Below, in pieces: positions 8,915-16,630 of a DNA stretch of 64,000 nucleotides; positions within the stretch are counted from its first letter, which is position 1; each line of letters begins with the position of its first letter. The translations under genes were made by a program, and so were the position numbers. Below the pieces are notes generated by a model, which saw only the letters and a list, made by a program, of their open reading frames with translations, did not search any database and was not told the origin of the DNA. The DNA is from a bacterium (GTDB taxonomy: Bacteria; Patescibacteriota; Microgenomatia; UBA1400; PJMF01), in assembly GCA_017431625.1 (NCBI GenBank), contig JAFRKQ010000015.1, positions 17,608-81,607 of the forward strand, read 5' to 3'.

Positions 8915-9912
8915 GAGTGGGTTTCGATTAATTTGACAATTTCGTGAGCACCTAAACGCTCATTACCAAGCGCCACTAAGAATTGGAGTAAAGGATAGGA
9001 CTGAAGGTCTACTTGGTGATCACTCAAAACGCGCAGAGTATTGGCGCTTTCGGCAGTTTTACCTTGGGCTTGCAGTTGCTCGAGAGCTTGACTAAAGCGG
9101 TGGCCTTCGCCCAAAAGTACCCCGAGTTGATGATTGCGCGTGGCCGGATCAGTGGCACTCATGACCATGTCATTGCCCCAACACTGACTGACAAAATCAA
9201 AAGTCTCACGCTCGGCCCCGCGGCTGATAGCAAATTGCTCACATTCACTGGCCAAAAGGGAGAGACAATGTGTCTGGGTGCCATAGCTAAAACCCAAACC
9301 TGCGACCACACCGACGGCCAGCGAGACGAGATTTTTTAAGGCCCCAGCATACTCTACTCCCACCAAATCATGGCTTAATTGTAAGCGTAAATGTGGACTG
9401 GCAAAAATCTTTTGGAGTAGTGCAAGCACCGCGGGATCGTGCCCCGCTAGAGTAGCACCCAAGTATTGTTCTTGAGTCAGGGCTGTCCCGGTAGTGCCGC
9501 CAGCCAGAGCATTGATCGTTACCGGCAGGCCGTGAAGTTCTTGAGCGATCACATCACTTACGATCCCACCACTGTCATGATCGAGTGCTTTGATAATAGA
9601 AACCAAACATAAAGGATGATCAATTAGCGGGCGCAATTGCTGGAGTATAGGACGCAAACCAGTAGATGAAACTGCCAGGACAATAACATCACTGTCTTTG
9701 ACACCAGCGGCGAGATCATTGGTGGCCTGTGTGCGCGTCAACTCCACGGTGGGGTAAAATTGAGGGTGGGTGTGTTGGGTTTGGATATGGTCGATCAACT
9801 CTTGATTGCGCGCGTACAGCCACAAATCAAGAGTGTCATCATTTTTGCGATCAAGATGGACAGCTAAAGCAAAACCAAAATTACCCGCGCCCAAAATTGT
9901 TACTTTTTGCAT
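8911..9912 (-). CDS. gpsA: NAD(P)H-dependent glycerol-3-phosphate dehydrogenase
   Basis: ILGAGNFGFALA Rossmann N-term, GpsA-like C-terminal domain; 333 aa. Confidence 0.8.
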   Translation of the reverse strand: MQKVTILGAGNFGFALAVHLDRKNDDTLDLWLYARNQELIDHIQTQHTHPQFYPTVELTRTQATNDLAAGVKDSDVIVLAVSSTGLRPILQQLRPLIDHPLCLVSIIKALDHDSGGIVSDVIAQELHGLPVTINALAGGTTGTALTQEQYLGATLAGHDPAVLALLQKIFASPHLRLQLSHDLVGVEYAGALKNLVSLAVGVVAGLGFSYGTQTHCLSLLASECEQFAISRGAERETFDFVSQCWGNDMVMSATDPATRNHQLGVLLGEGHRFSQALEQLQAQGKTAESANTLRVLSDHQVDLQSYPLLQFLVALGNERLGAHEIVKLIETHS

Positions 9913-9933
9913 GGTCTTTTATTATATCACGTC

Positions 9934-10554
9934 TTATTCACGGCAACAATCAAGCATTCTGTTGAGAGTTGCTCCTAATTTTTTCCAGGTACTGTCATGG
10001 TTTTTGGTTTCTTGGCTCGTGTCAGTGAGTGCTGAGGTGGCCACGGTGTCGATTTGGTCGGTATTGGTGGCCAGCTCCTCCTCTTTTTTGATGTCAGCCA
10101 GAAGGGCTTTTTTGTCTTGCTCGCTGAATTGACTACTGGTTTGGTTTTGATCAATGAGCTTGAGATTGAGCGCCCAAAAAAGATTGTAGAGATTGTAGGA
10201 CATCTCAAAAAGATGATAAGCGTGGTCTTTGTCATTGGCCATGGCTTTGGTGCCCACCTCCATCACCCGCATACTGGCGGCCAGGAGATGTTTGCTGGTA
10301 CACCAGACTTCTCCTTCATAGTCTTTGATGATTAATTTAAGCAATTCCTTGCGCATTTCACGGATTTGGGCGAGCATTTCAAAGTAACTAGTCTTGCCGG
10401 TTTTATTGGCGGTAAAAAATAAATGCTCTTCAATCGAGATTAAATTCATAATGCCAATGGACAAGTCTTCATCGGAGGAAAGATCAAGTTTGTGCCCTTT
10501 TTCGATTTTTTTGGCCTGTTCCATATACTCGTCAAGTTTTTTTTGATCAATCAT
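9934..10554 (-). CDS. Hypothetical protein (coiled-coil rich, acidic C-terminus)
   Basis: ORF with SD GAAGGA 7 nt before ATG 10554 and an extended -10 TGTGGTAAAAT upstream; no recognisable family. Confidence 0.5.
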   Translation of the reverse strand: MIDQKKLDEYMEQAKKIEKGHKLDLSSDEDLSIGIMNLISIEEHLFFTANKTGKTSYFEMLAQIREMRKELLKLIIKDYEGEVWCTSKHLLAASMRVMEVGTKAMANDKDHAYHLFEMSYNLYNLFWALNLKLIDQNQTSSQFSEQDKKALLADIKKEEELATNTDQIDTVATSALTDTSQETKNHDSTWKKLGATLNRMLDCCRE

Positions 10555-10654
10555 GGCGATCCTTCTAGTCACTTTTTTCTAATAGCTATTTTACCACACT
10601 TTTGTGACTTTTTACGTCAAAAAAAGGTGAAAATGGTTGACAAACACATTAATG

Positions 10655-10800
10655 ATATGGTGATTTAGATATTATAGGATGTTTACGCATTATAGGATAA
10701 AATTTTCCAGGTATGAAAACTAAAAATTATCCTATAATATAATATTCTGATTAAAATTAGTCTGGAGTTTCTTTTATATTATAGGATTAAAAATGCTAAT
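10655..10800. repeat. ATTATAGGAT/ATCCTATAAT box repeat element, copy 1
   Basis: ATTATAGGAT-N30(TTCCAGG)-ATCCTATAAT-N40(GTCTGGAG)-ATTATAGGAT; same architecture at 42575-42730, 50985-51150, 62415-62540. Confidence 0.7.
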
Positions 10801-10831
10801 TTCAAGTGCTAAGCGCCAGATGCTCTTTTTG

Positions 10832-10840
10832 TGATATAAT
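10832..10840 (+). promoter_or_regulatory. Extended -10 (TGaTATAAT) for RNase P RNA
   Basis: 7 nt upstream of the predicted P1 5' strand. Confidence 0.5.
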
Positions 10841-10846
10841 ACACCC

Positions 10847-11106
10847 ACGGTAAGGCGACTCCAGGACAACCGCCGGTATCGGTCAAGATACTGGAGGAAA
10901 GTCTGGACAGCGCAAGAGAGGCTAGGTACAGAGTCACAGAGACGAGCCGTTTGAGTACGGGTGCAACGAGATAATCCCTAGCTGCTGCAACCGCCAGGTT
11001 TGACCTTAATGGACCTCTTGCCTATCATGGTCATGATCCCGCGGGCATTAGATAGATGGTTGTCAACCAAACAGAATCCAGCTTACTCGGAGCCGACCTT
11101 GCCGTC
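10847..11106 (+). ncRNA. rnpB: RNase P RNA (bacterial type, reduced ~260 nt)
   Basis: P4 strands GGAAAGTCTGGAC (10895-10907) and ACAGAATCCAGCTTA (11071-11085), matching the universal GGAAAGUCCGG / ACAGAAxCCGGCUUA with compensatory CCGG->CTGG/CCAG changes; P1 CGGTAAGG/CCTTGCCG and P2 CGACTCC/GGAGCCG pairings. Confidence 0.55.
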
Positions 11107-12561
11107 GGGTAAAAACTGACTGTAATGCTCGACAAATCCTCGTCCGAGTCCCGGAATCACCTGTAGATCGGGTAGCTTTTGCCAAGGAATGATACTTAGA
11201 TATGACAGCGTGAGATCGGTAATAATAGTACTGGGAATGAGTTTTTGTCGGCGGGCCTGTAGTTGGCGCCACTGCTGCCACTGGTGCAGGTTTTGTTTCA
11301 CTTTTTGGGGATAATGAAAATGGTAGCCAAGACAATTATCACACAAACCACACTCAAAACCAGGACGGCGCTCGTCAAAATAAGCCAAGACAAAACGTTG
11401 TCGACAAGTACGGCACTCGAGAAACTTTTGCACTTGCACTAGTTTTTGGAAAAGAATTTTTTGTCGCTGGGGTGTGAGCGTGTGGTTGCCTTTGATAAAT
11501 TGCAAACTGATTTCCAGATCTTTGTGGGTGTAAAAGGCATAGCAACGCGCGAGCTGGCCATCGCGCCCACCACGACCAATTTCTTGAAAGTAGTTTTCCA
11601 AATTGCTGCTGATTTGCGCGTGAATGACAAAGCGTACGTGTGGTTGGTCAACACCCATACCAAAAGCATTAGTAGCGACAATCACGGGTGTTACTCCGGC
11701 GATGAATTCCTCCTGAATTTGCGCTCGAGCGTCTTTGTCCAAGCCACCGTGATAGACTTTGATGAGTTTTTCGGGACGCAAAAGCGCATTGAGTTTGTCG
11801 GCAATAAAAACTGCCTGTCGGCGAGTGAGCACGTAAATGATGCCAATTTCACCTTGATGTTGTTGGAGTACCCACAGGATCTTGAGTAGTTTGTCGTGTT
11901 CGTTAAAACAATGATTGACCATAATTTTGAGATTGTCGCGGGCAAATGATTGCTGGCTGTGGAGTGGCTGGCGCAAGCCGCAAAAGCGCACAATGTCTCG
12001 TTGCGCTTGGTGATTGGCCGTGGCTGTCAGGGCAATAATCGGTGGTCTGGTGTCGGGGAAAATCTGCTGCAAGATGCGGCCGATTTGCAAGTAATGGGGG
12101 CGAAAATCATGACCCCAAACGCTCACACAGTGAGCTTCATCGATAGCAATGGCACTAATTGGCGATTGTCGGCATTGAGCTTGGAAACTATTACTACTGA
12201 GAGTTTCGGGAGCAGTGTAGACAAATTGATACTCGCCGCGTTTAAATTTTTCCAGGCGTCTGGCTCGCTCCTGACTCGTCAAGGTACTATTAATAAAAGT
12301 AGCGCGTAAGTTTCTTTTTTGCAAATTGGTCACTTGGTCTTGCATCAGGGAAATGAGCGGGGAAATAATTAAGACGCTGCCGCCCAAATATAGCCCCGGG
12401 ATTTGAAAACACAGACTTTTTCCACCACCTGTGGGGAGAATTGCCAAAACATCACGACCCGTGCAGACAGCCTCAATGATTTCCAGCTGTCCGGGGCGGA
12501 AATGAGGGTAGCCGAAATGCTCCAGCAAGAGAGCTTCGAGTTGTATTGATAGCTGGGTCAT
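11083..12561 (-). CDS. recQ: ATP-dependent DNA helicase RecQ
   Basis: FGYPHFRPGQLEIIEAV...LPTGGGKSLCFQIP...DEAHCVSVWGHDFRP, RQC Zn-binding Cys cluster; leaderless (TATAAT 7 nt before ATG 12561). Confidence 0.85.
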   Translation of the reverse strand: MTQLSIQLEALLLEHFGYPHFRPGQLEIIEAVCTGRDVLAILPTGGGKSLCFQIPGLYLGGSVLIISPLISLMQDQVTNLQKRNLRATFINSTLTSQERARRLEKFKRGEYQFVYTAPETLSSNSFQAQCRQSPISAIAIDEAHCVSVWGHDFRPHYLQIGRILQQIFPDTRPPIIALTATANHQAQRDIVRFCGLRQPLHSQQSFARDNLKIMVNHCFNEHDKLLKILWVLQQHQGEIGIIYVLTRRQAVFIADKLNALLRPEKLIKVYHGGLDKDARAQIQEEFIAGVTPVIVATNAFGMGVDQPHVRFVIHAQISSNLENYFQEIGRGGRDGQLARCYAFYTHKDLEISLQFIKGNHTLTPQRQKILFQKLVQVQKFLECRTCRQRFVLAYFDERRPGFECGLCDNCLGYHFHYPQKVKQNLHQWQQWRQLQARRQKLIPSTIITDLTLSYLSIIPWQKLPDLQVIPGLGRGFVEHYSQFLPDGKVGSE

Positions 12562-12699
12562 GTTTTTGATTATACTGACAATGTTGTCAAATGATTTCGC
12601 CACTGAGGCCTTTTTACTGACAGTTTGCTGATAAAAATGCCTTGAAATCAATATTTATTTGTGATTGATATTTCGTCATTTTTGTACGCTTGGGGTGGC

Positions 12700-12729
12700 T
12701 TGACAAGTGGCCGGACTATTTGTTACAAT
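12700..12729 (+). promoter_or_regulatory. Sigma70-type promoter of the pilin operon (TTGACA-18-TACAAT), leaderless
   Basis: -35 TTGACA 12700-12705, -10 TACAAT 12724-12729, ATG 12737 seven nt downstream. Confidence 0.6.
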
Positions 12730-12736
12730 GGTTTTT

Positions 12737-13399
12737 ATGAAAAAACGCACCGCGTTTACACTGGTAGAGATGATGGTTATCGTCGCAGTTTTGGGGATTT
12801 TATCCACTTTTGGTTTTGCCAGCTACAGCCGTTTTGCCCAGCGTCTGGAGGTAGAAAACGCTGCTAAAGAGTTGATTACTTTTATTCGCCAAGTACAAGG
12901 GTATGCAAGGAATGGGGATCGAGGGAATAACGCTTTGGGTTCTGGTTGTAATGCTACTGTGTTTGATATTGCTAGCGATAACAGCAAATTACTTGGTTGG
13001 CGGATTGATTTAAAAGCAAATGAAGCCAATGGCTATCCGGTTTGTTGGACGAGTTCTAGCCCGCGAGTAGCGGATGAGACAGGCGGCAAGTCGTTAGATT
13101 TAACTACAATTAATTCAAGTATTAAGTTTTATTGTTCTGGATGGAGCACTTGCAGTAGTAGTACTAATTATTTTTTTGTAAAATCTATTTTTGGTGATAC
13201 CTGGTATCAACATGAATATACTAAAGGATCAATTGATACCACTGGTGTTGGTAATAAAAACAAAATTATTGTTGTTAGCGATGGCGAATTTTATTATCGT
13301 TTCCGGTTGTCAAATGGATCCATCACTAATGGTAGTTTCTGTGAAAAAGCACACTGCTTTGACAATGATCGTACTAATAGTTTAACTGCTGATGATTAA
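12737..13399 (+). CDS. Type IV pilin / pseudopilin (prepilin-type N-terminal cleavage/methylation domain)
   Basis: MKKRTA|FTLVEMMVIVAVLGIL class III signal (A at -1, E at +5); Cys-containing variable C-terminal domain. Confidence 0.7.
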   Translation: MKKRTAFTLVEMMVIVAVLGILSTFGFASYSRFAQRLEVENAAKELITFIRQVQGYARNGDRGNNALGSGCNATVFDIASDNSKLLGWRIDLKANEANGYPVCWTSSSPRVADETGGKSLDLTTINSSIKFYCSGWSTCSSSTNYFFVKSIFGDTWYQHEYTKGSIDTTGVGNKNKIIVVSDGEFYYRFRLSNGSITNGSFCEKAHCFDNDRTNSLTADD

Positions 13400-13940
13400 T
13401 ATGCCAAAACACAATCGATACCTTCACCATTTGCCTGCCACTTCTATCATTGAGCTGATGGTCTCGGCGGCTTTAATTGGCATGGTTTTAACAGCGCTCA
13501 CACTCAACATGGCGCGGACACAGCGCACTCTGGAGAATACTTTTTTACGTTCCAAGGCTACTGATATGGCCAATAGTTGTATGAATTATTTTCGGGCTGC
13601 CAGAGATAATAATGAGTGGCCAATTTTTTGTGATAGAGTTAAGAATGTTACAGTTAATTCTACTGGTTCTCCTCTTGGCGGTAATATCAATGCTAGTTCA
13701 AGCATTTTGAATCCAATTTGTCCGCAAGGTGCGTATGCTGGATCAAATTTTTATTTAAATCTCGCTAGGAGTGGGCGTAGTGGTTGCTCTAATATAGAGT
13801 GTTTTTGTAAAGGAAATCGTGATGAAGCGTATTTTAATCTACAAGTTATTGTACATTATCAGGATGCCATTGGTGTGGACAAATCTGTTACAGTGACCGA
13901 GCGTTTCTCTCGCGGTCAGCTTGATGCTGAATATAAATAA
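13392..13940 (+). CDS. Minor pilin-like protein (degenerate prepilin N-terminus)
   Basis: ..PA|TSIIELMVSAALIGMVL with Glu at +5; Cys-rich C-terminus; alternative start ATG 13401. Confidence 0.5.
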   Translation: MINMPKHNRYLHHLPATSIIELMVSAALIGMVLTALTLNMARTQRTLENTFLRSKATDMANSCMNYFRAARDNNEWPIFCDRVKNVTVNSTGSPLGGNINASSSILNPICPQGAYAGSNFYLNLARSGRSGCSNIECFCKGNRDEAYFNLQVIVHYQDAIGVDKSVTVTERFSRGQLDAEYK

Positions 13941-14038
13941 ACTATAGTAGTGCTTGTCGCGATTGTAATGTTGCCAAATGCCAGCGATTTGTGTTATAAT
14001 GAACTTGAAAATTGACAACAATAATTGAGAAAGATAGT

Positions 14039-15475
14039 ATGGCGCAAACAGTAATGGGTAAAATAAATGATTGGGGTGGCCTAGATGAGGACGATCCCAT
14101 TATTGATAATTCGGCGCTGACAATGGAAGAGCTCACAGAAGTGTCGGTATCGGGGCTCGATGACGAACCCACAGCGGTGTCGGTTGGTGCGCCAGAGACA
14201 CCAGCGCCCGTGACTTTTCCGCATGTGCCGGCGGCAGCCACTGTGGTCTCCAGTGAACCGGTGGTATTACAACCGGTGGCAGATGAAGTACCACTGACGG
14301 CTGATAGTGCTACCACTGATTGGCAACCAGATGTGGTCCCGGCGGCGGCGACTGTTGATATGTCACCGGTGACGACCGTGACGCAGGCAGAATTGGCTGC
14401 CGCCTCAGCGATGGCAGCGGGCAGCGAGCTGCCAAATCTCAAGACGCAAGAATCAGCACCCGTGGTGGCTAGTGAGCGTGAGACAACCGAAACAGTGAAA
14501 AAGGTGTCAGCAAAAGTGGCGACTAAATCATTGCTGACCCGTTGGCGCGGCACTAAATTCAAGCCGGCCAAAGAGACTGACAAGGTGAAAAAAACGGCAC
14601 CCAAGCGCGCCCCGAAACAGTCAAAAGCTCGCACTGGAAAAAATGAATGGCAGCTGGTGACACTGGCTTTGTTGTTGGTGGTGGGGGTAGCTGGTGGGAG
14701 TTTCTGGTATCGCCGTCGCGGCGGTCAAGTGGCCGGCATCAAAAAAGAATTGGTCGCTGATTACCGTTTGGGTGCGGGTTATATTGCTACTACTGGCGTG
14801 TGTACGCCGGTTATTGACCCGAGCGTGCGTGCGAGTGTGGATGATTTTGTTTCGATTATTTCTGGTGATGGCTATATTGATGAAAGTGTTACGGGTGAGT
14901 TACGAACGCAGTTTGATTTTTTTCAGGAGCACGCTTTGGGTACAGGCGCCAGACACTGCTTTGCTTTGGAGTACTGTCATAATGATTTTGCCAATAATCT
15001 CCCCTTTGTACTTGCTTATGCTAGGCGCGCTTACGTGGATACTCATTATGGCAATGCCGGCGTGGGAGGTGTTGGCGGTCAGTGGGTAGCGGCGGGGCAA
15101 TTGCGTCAAGATGTGACTCAGCTTTTTGGTGTGAGTGAGGTTGATGTTAGCCTTTTCCCGGTCACCAATGGGACGATAAATGATGTTTACAATGCTGCCG
15201 ATGATTTATTCTTGATCCCTGCAGATGTGAATATCAGTGGACCTTATCACTATGAGCTGGAAAAAATACGGGCAAACGCCGCTACCAAGCAGCGAGTGTT
15301 TGTAGCCAAGATGGTCACTAGCGATAGCGCTTGTCAAGTAGTGATTAATGATGATCATTGCAATTGTCCGCAGACGCGTTATTATTTGGTACAAGATATT
15401 AATCCGGCTACTGGTGAGTATGTTTATACTCACGAGTATGTACAAGTTACAGGTGAGCGGCAAAAGGTAGATTGA
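14039..15475 (+). CDS. Single-pass membrane protein, paralog A of a tandem triplet (acidic disordered N-terminus, TM, 6-Cys C-terminal domain)
   Basis: TM WQLVTLALLLVVGVAGG; C-terminal motifs LEYCHNDF and CQVVINDDHCNCPQTRYYLV shared with the next two genes; alternative TTG start 14012. Confidence 0.6.
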   Translation: MAQTVMGKINDWGGLDEDDPIIDNSALTMEELTEVSVSGLDDEPTAVSVGAPETPAPVTFPHVPAAATVVSSEPVVLQPVADEVPLTADSATTDWQPDVVPAAATVDMSPVTTVTQAELAAASAMAAGSELPNLKTQESAPVVASERETTETVKKVSAKVATKSLLTRWRGTKFKPAKETDKVKKTAPKRAPKQSKARTGKNEWQLVTLALLLVVGVAGGSFWYRRRGGQVAGIKKELVADYRLGAGYIATTGVCTPVIDPSVRASVDDFVSIISGDGYIDESVTGELRTQFDFFQEHALGTGARHCFALEYCHNDFANNLPFVLAYARRAYVDTHYGNAGVGGVGGQWVAAGQLRQDVTQLFGVSEVDVSLFPVTNGTINDVYNAADDLFLIPADVNISGPYHYELEKIRANAATKQRVFVAKMVTSDSACQVVINDDHCNCPQTRYYLVQDINPATGEYVYTHEYVQVTGERQKVD

Positions 15476-15476
15476 A

Positions 15477-16604
15477 ATGTCAATACCCAAAGGCTATCCG
15501 ACGCCTCGTGTGCCTTCACCAACCAAAAGTGAAGACTGGCAAATTGGTGGACAACAAGATGCGGCGGGCAAAGTGCAGATGATTTTTGCGGGACAATCAC
15601 CAGCTTTCCCGGATTTAGTGCCCGCCAGCGAGCTGCCTGCGTCCAGCGCGTCTACTCCTACTCCACCACCGACACAGACACCGAGTCCCTCGGCGCATAA
15701 AATTCGCCGACGTCCGGACAAAATGAAAGGCCCGGGCTTTAATTGGCGAGGACTACATTGGCCATTGTATATTTCAGCGCTTGCAGTCGTGATTTTGTTG
15801 GCTCACGTACTGATGCGCTTTGCTAGTATGAGTGGCTTGCGCGATAATTTGGGTCACGAGTATCTGAATCAAGATTTGACACGTTTGGGAGCACCGCCTG
15901 TTGTTCCTTGTTTGGCTAGCGAAGAGGTGACTCTGCGTGAAAGCTTGGACGAGTTGGCGGCGACTTATGAGGCGACCTATTTTCGCGAGGAGCCAACCGT
16001 TGATGACCGAGCGCTTTTGGAGCGTTTCCTTAAACCAGCTCGAGTGGCTCAAGCGGTGGATTGTCTTGGCGGTGTCTATTGCCGGCAAGATTTTACCAAT
16101 CCGACGCTGCAAAAGTCAGTAATTCGGCATCTTTTGGCTTATGATTTGTCTTTGGTGCCAGGGCATAGTGAACCAGCCGGAACTTTTATGGTACAGCTGT
16201 ACTCGATGTTTGGTACCAAGCAAGTGGATTTGGCCACCGTACCTGATTTGGATTATCAAGCAGCTGATGAGACTTTTATTGTGCCCACACCTGTGGATGC
16301 GCCCACGCCTGCTTATGACTATACTTTGGAAGCTATTTGGATCAGTCCTAGTGAGGATGAAGCTGTATATCAAGCGCTTATGACGCCGACGCCGTCGTGT
16401 ACCTTGTCACTGCACGGCCAATGTTCTTGTCCACTGGCTCGTTACTATTTGGTTTTGCGCTATGATCCCGAAAGTGATCACTGGATGCACGCTTATCATT
16501 TTGTCCGTCGTCTTGGAGGAATTGATAATTTGCAGACTGGCGAACAAGTGACTGCGCCCGCGGCTTCAGACTCGACAAATGTTTTAGAAAGTGATAAACT
16601 ATAA
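15477..16604 (+). CDS. Single-pass membrane protein, paralog B
   Basis: TM LHWPLYISALAVVILLAHVL; CLGGVYCRQDF and CTLSLHGQCSCPLARYYLV motifs. Confidence 0.6.
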   Translation: MSIPKGYPTPRVPSPTKSEDWQIGGQQDAAGKVQMIFAGQSPAFPDLVPASELPASSASTPTPPPTQTPSPSAHKIRRRPDKMKGPGFNWRGLHWPLYISALAVVILLAHVLMRFASMSGLRDNLGHEYLNQDLTRLGAPPVVPCLASEEVTLRESLDELAATYEATYFREEPTVDDRALLERFLKPARVAQAVDCLGGVYCRQDFTNPTLQKSVIRHLLAYDLSLVPGHSEPAGTFMVQLYSMFGTKQVDLATVPDLDYQAADETFIVPTPVDAPTPAYDYTLEAIWISPSEDEAVYQALMTPTPSCTLSLHGQCSCPLARYYLVLRYDPESDHWMHAYHFVRRLGGIDNLQTGEQVTAPAASDSTNVLESDKL

Positions 16605-16630
16605 AAACAAAATTGCAAAGAAAGTAGCTT

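Noticed and set aside
9806-10335. Two plus-strand ORFs (108 and 93 aa)
   Set aside because: Antisense to the minus-strand hypothetical gene 9934-10554, which has an SD and -10; the plus ORFs lack start signals.
13942-14634. 230-aa minus-strand ORF
   Set aside because: Antisense to paralog A (14039-15475). Low-complexity Ser/Ala/Thr translation, no start context; the plus-strand gene has promoter, TM helix and conserved paralog motifs.
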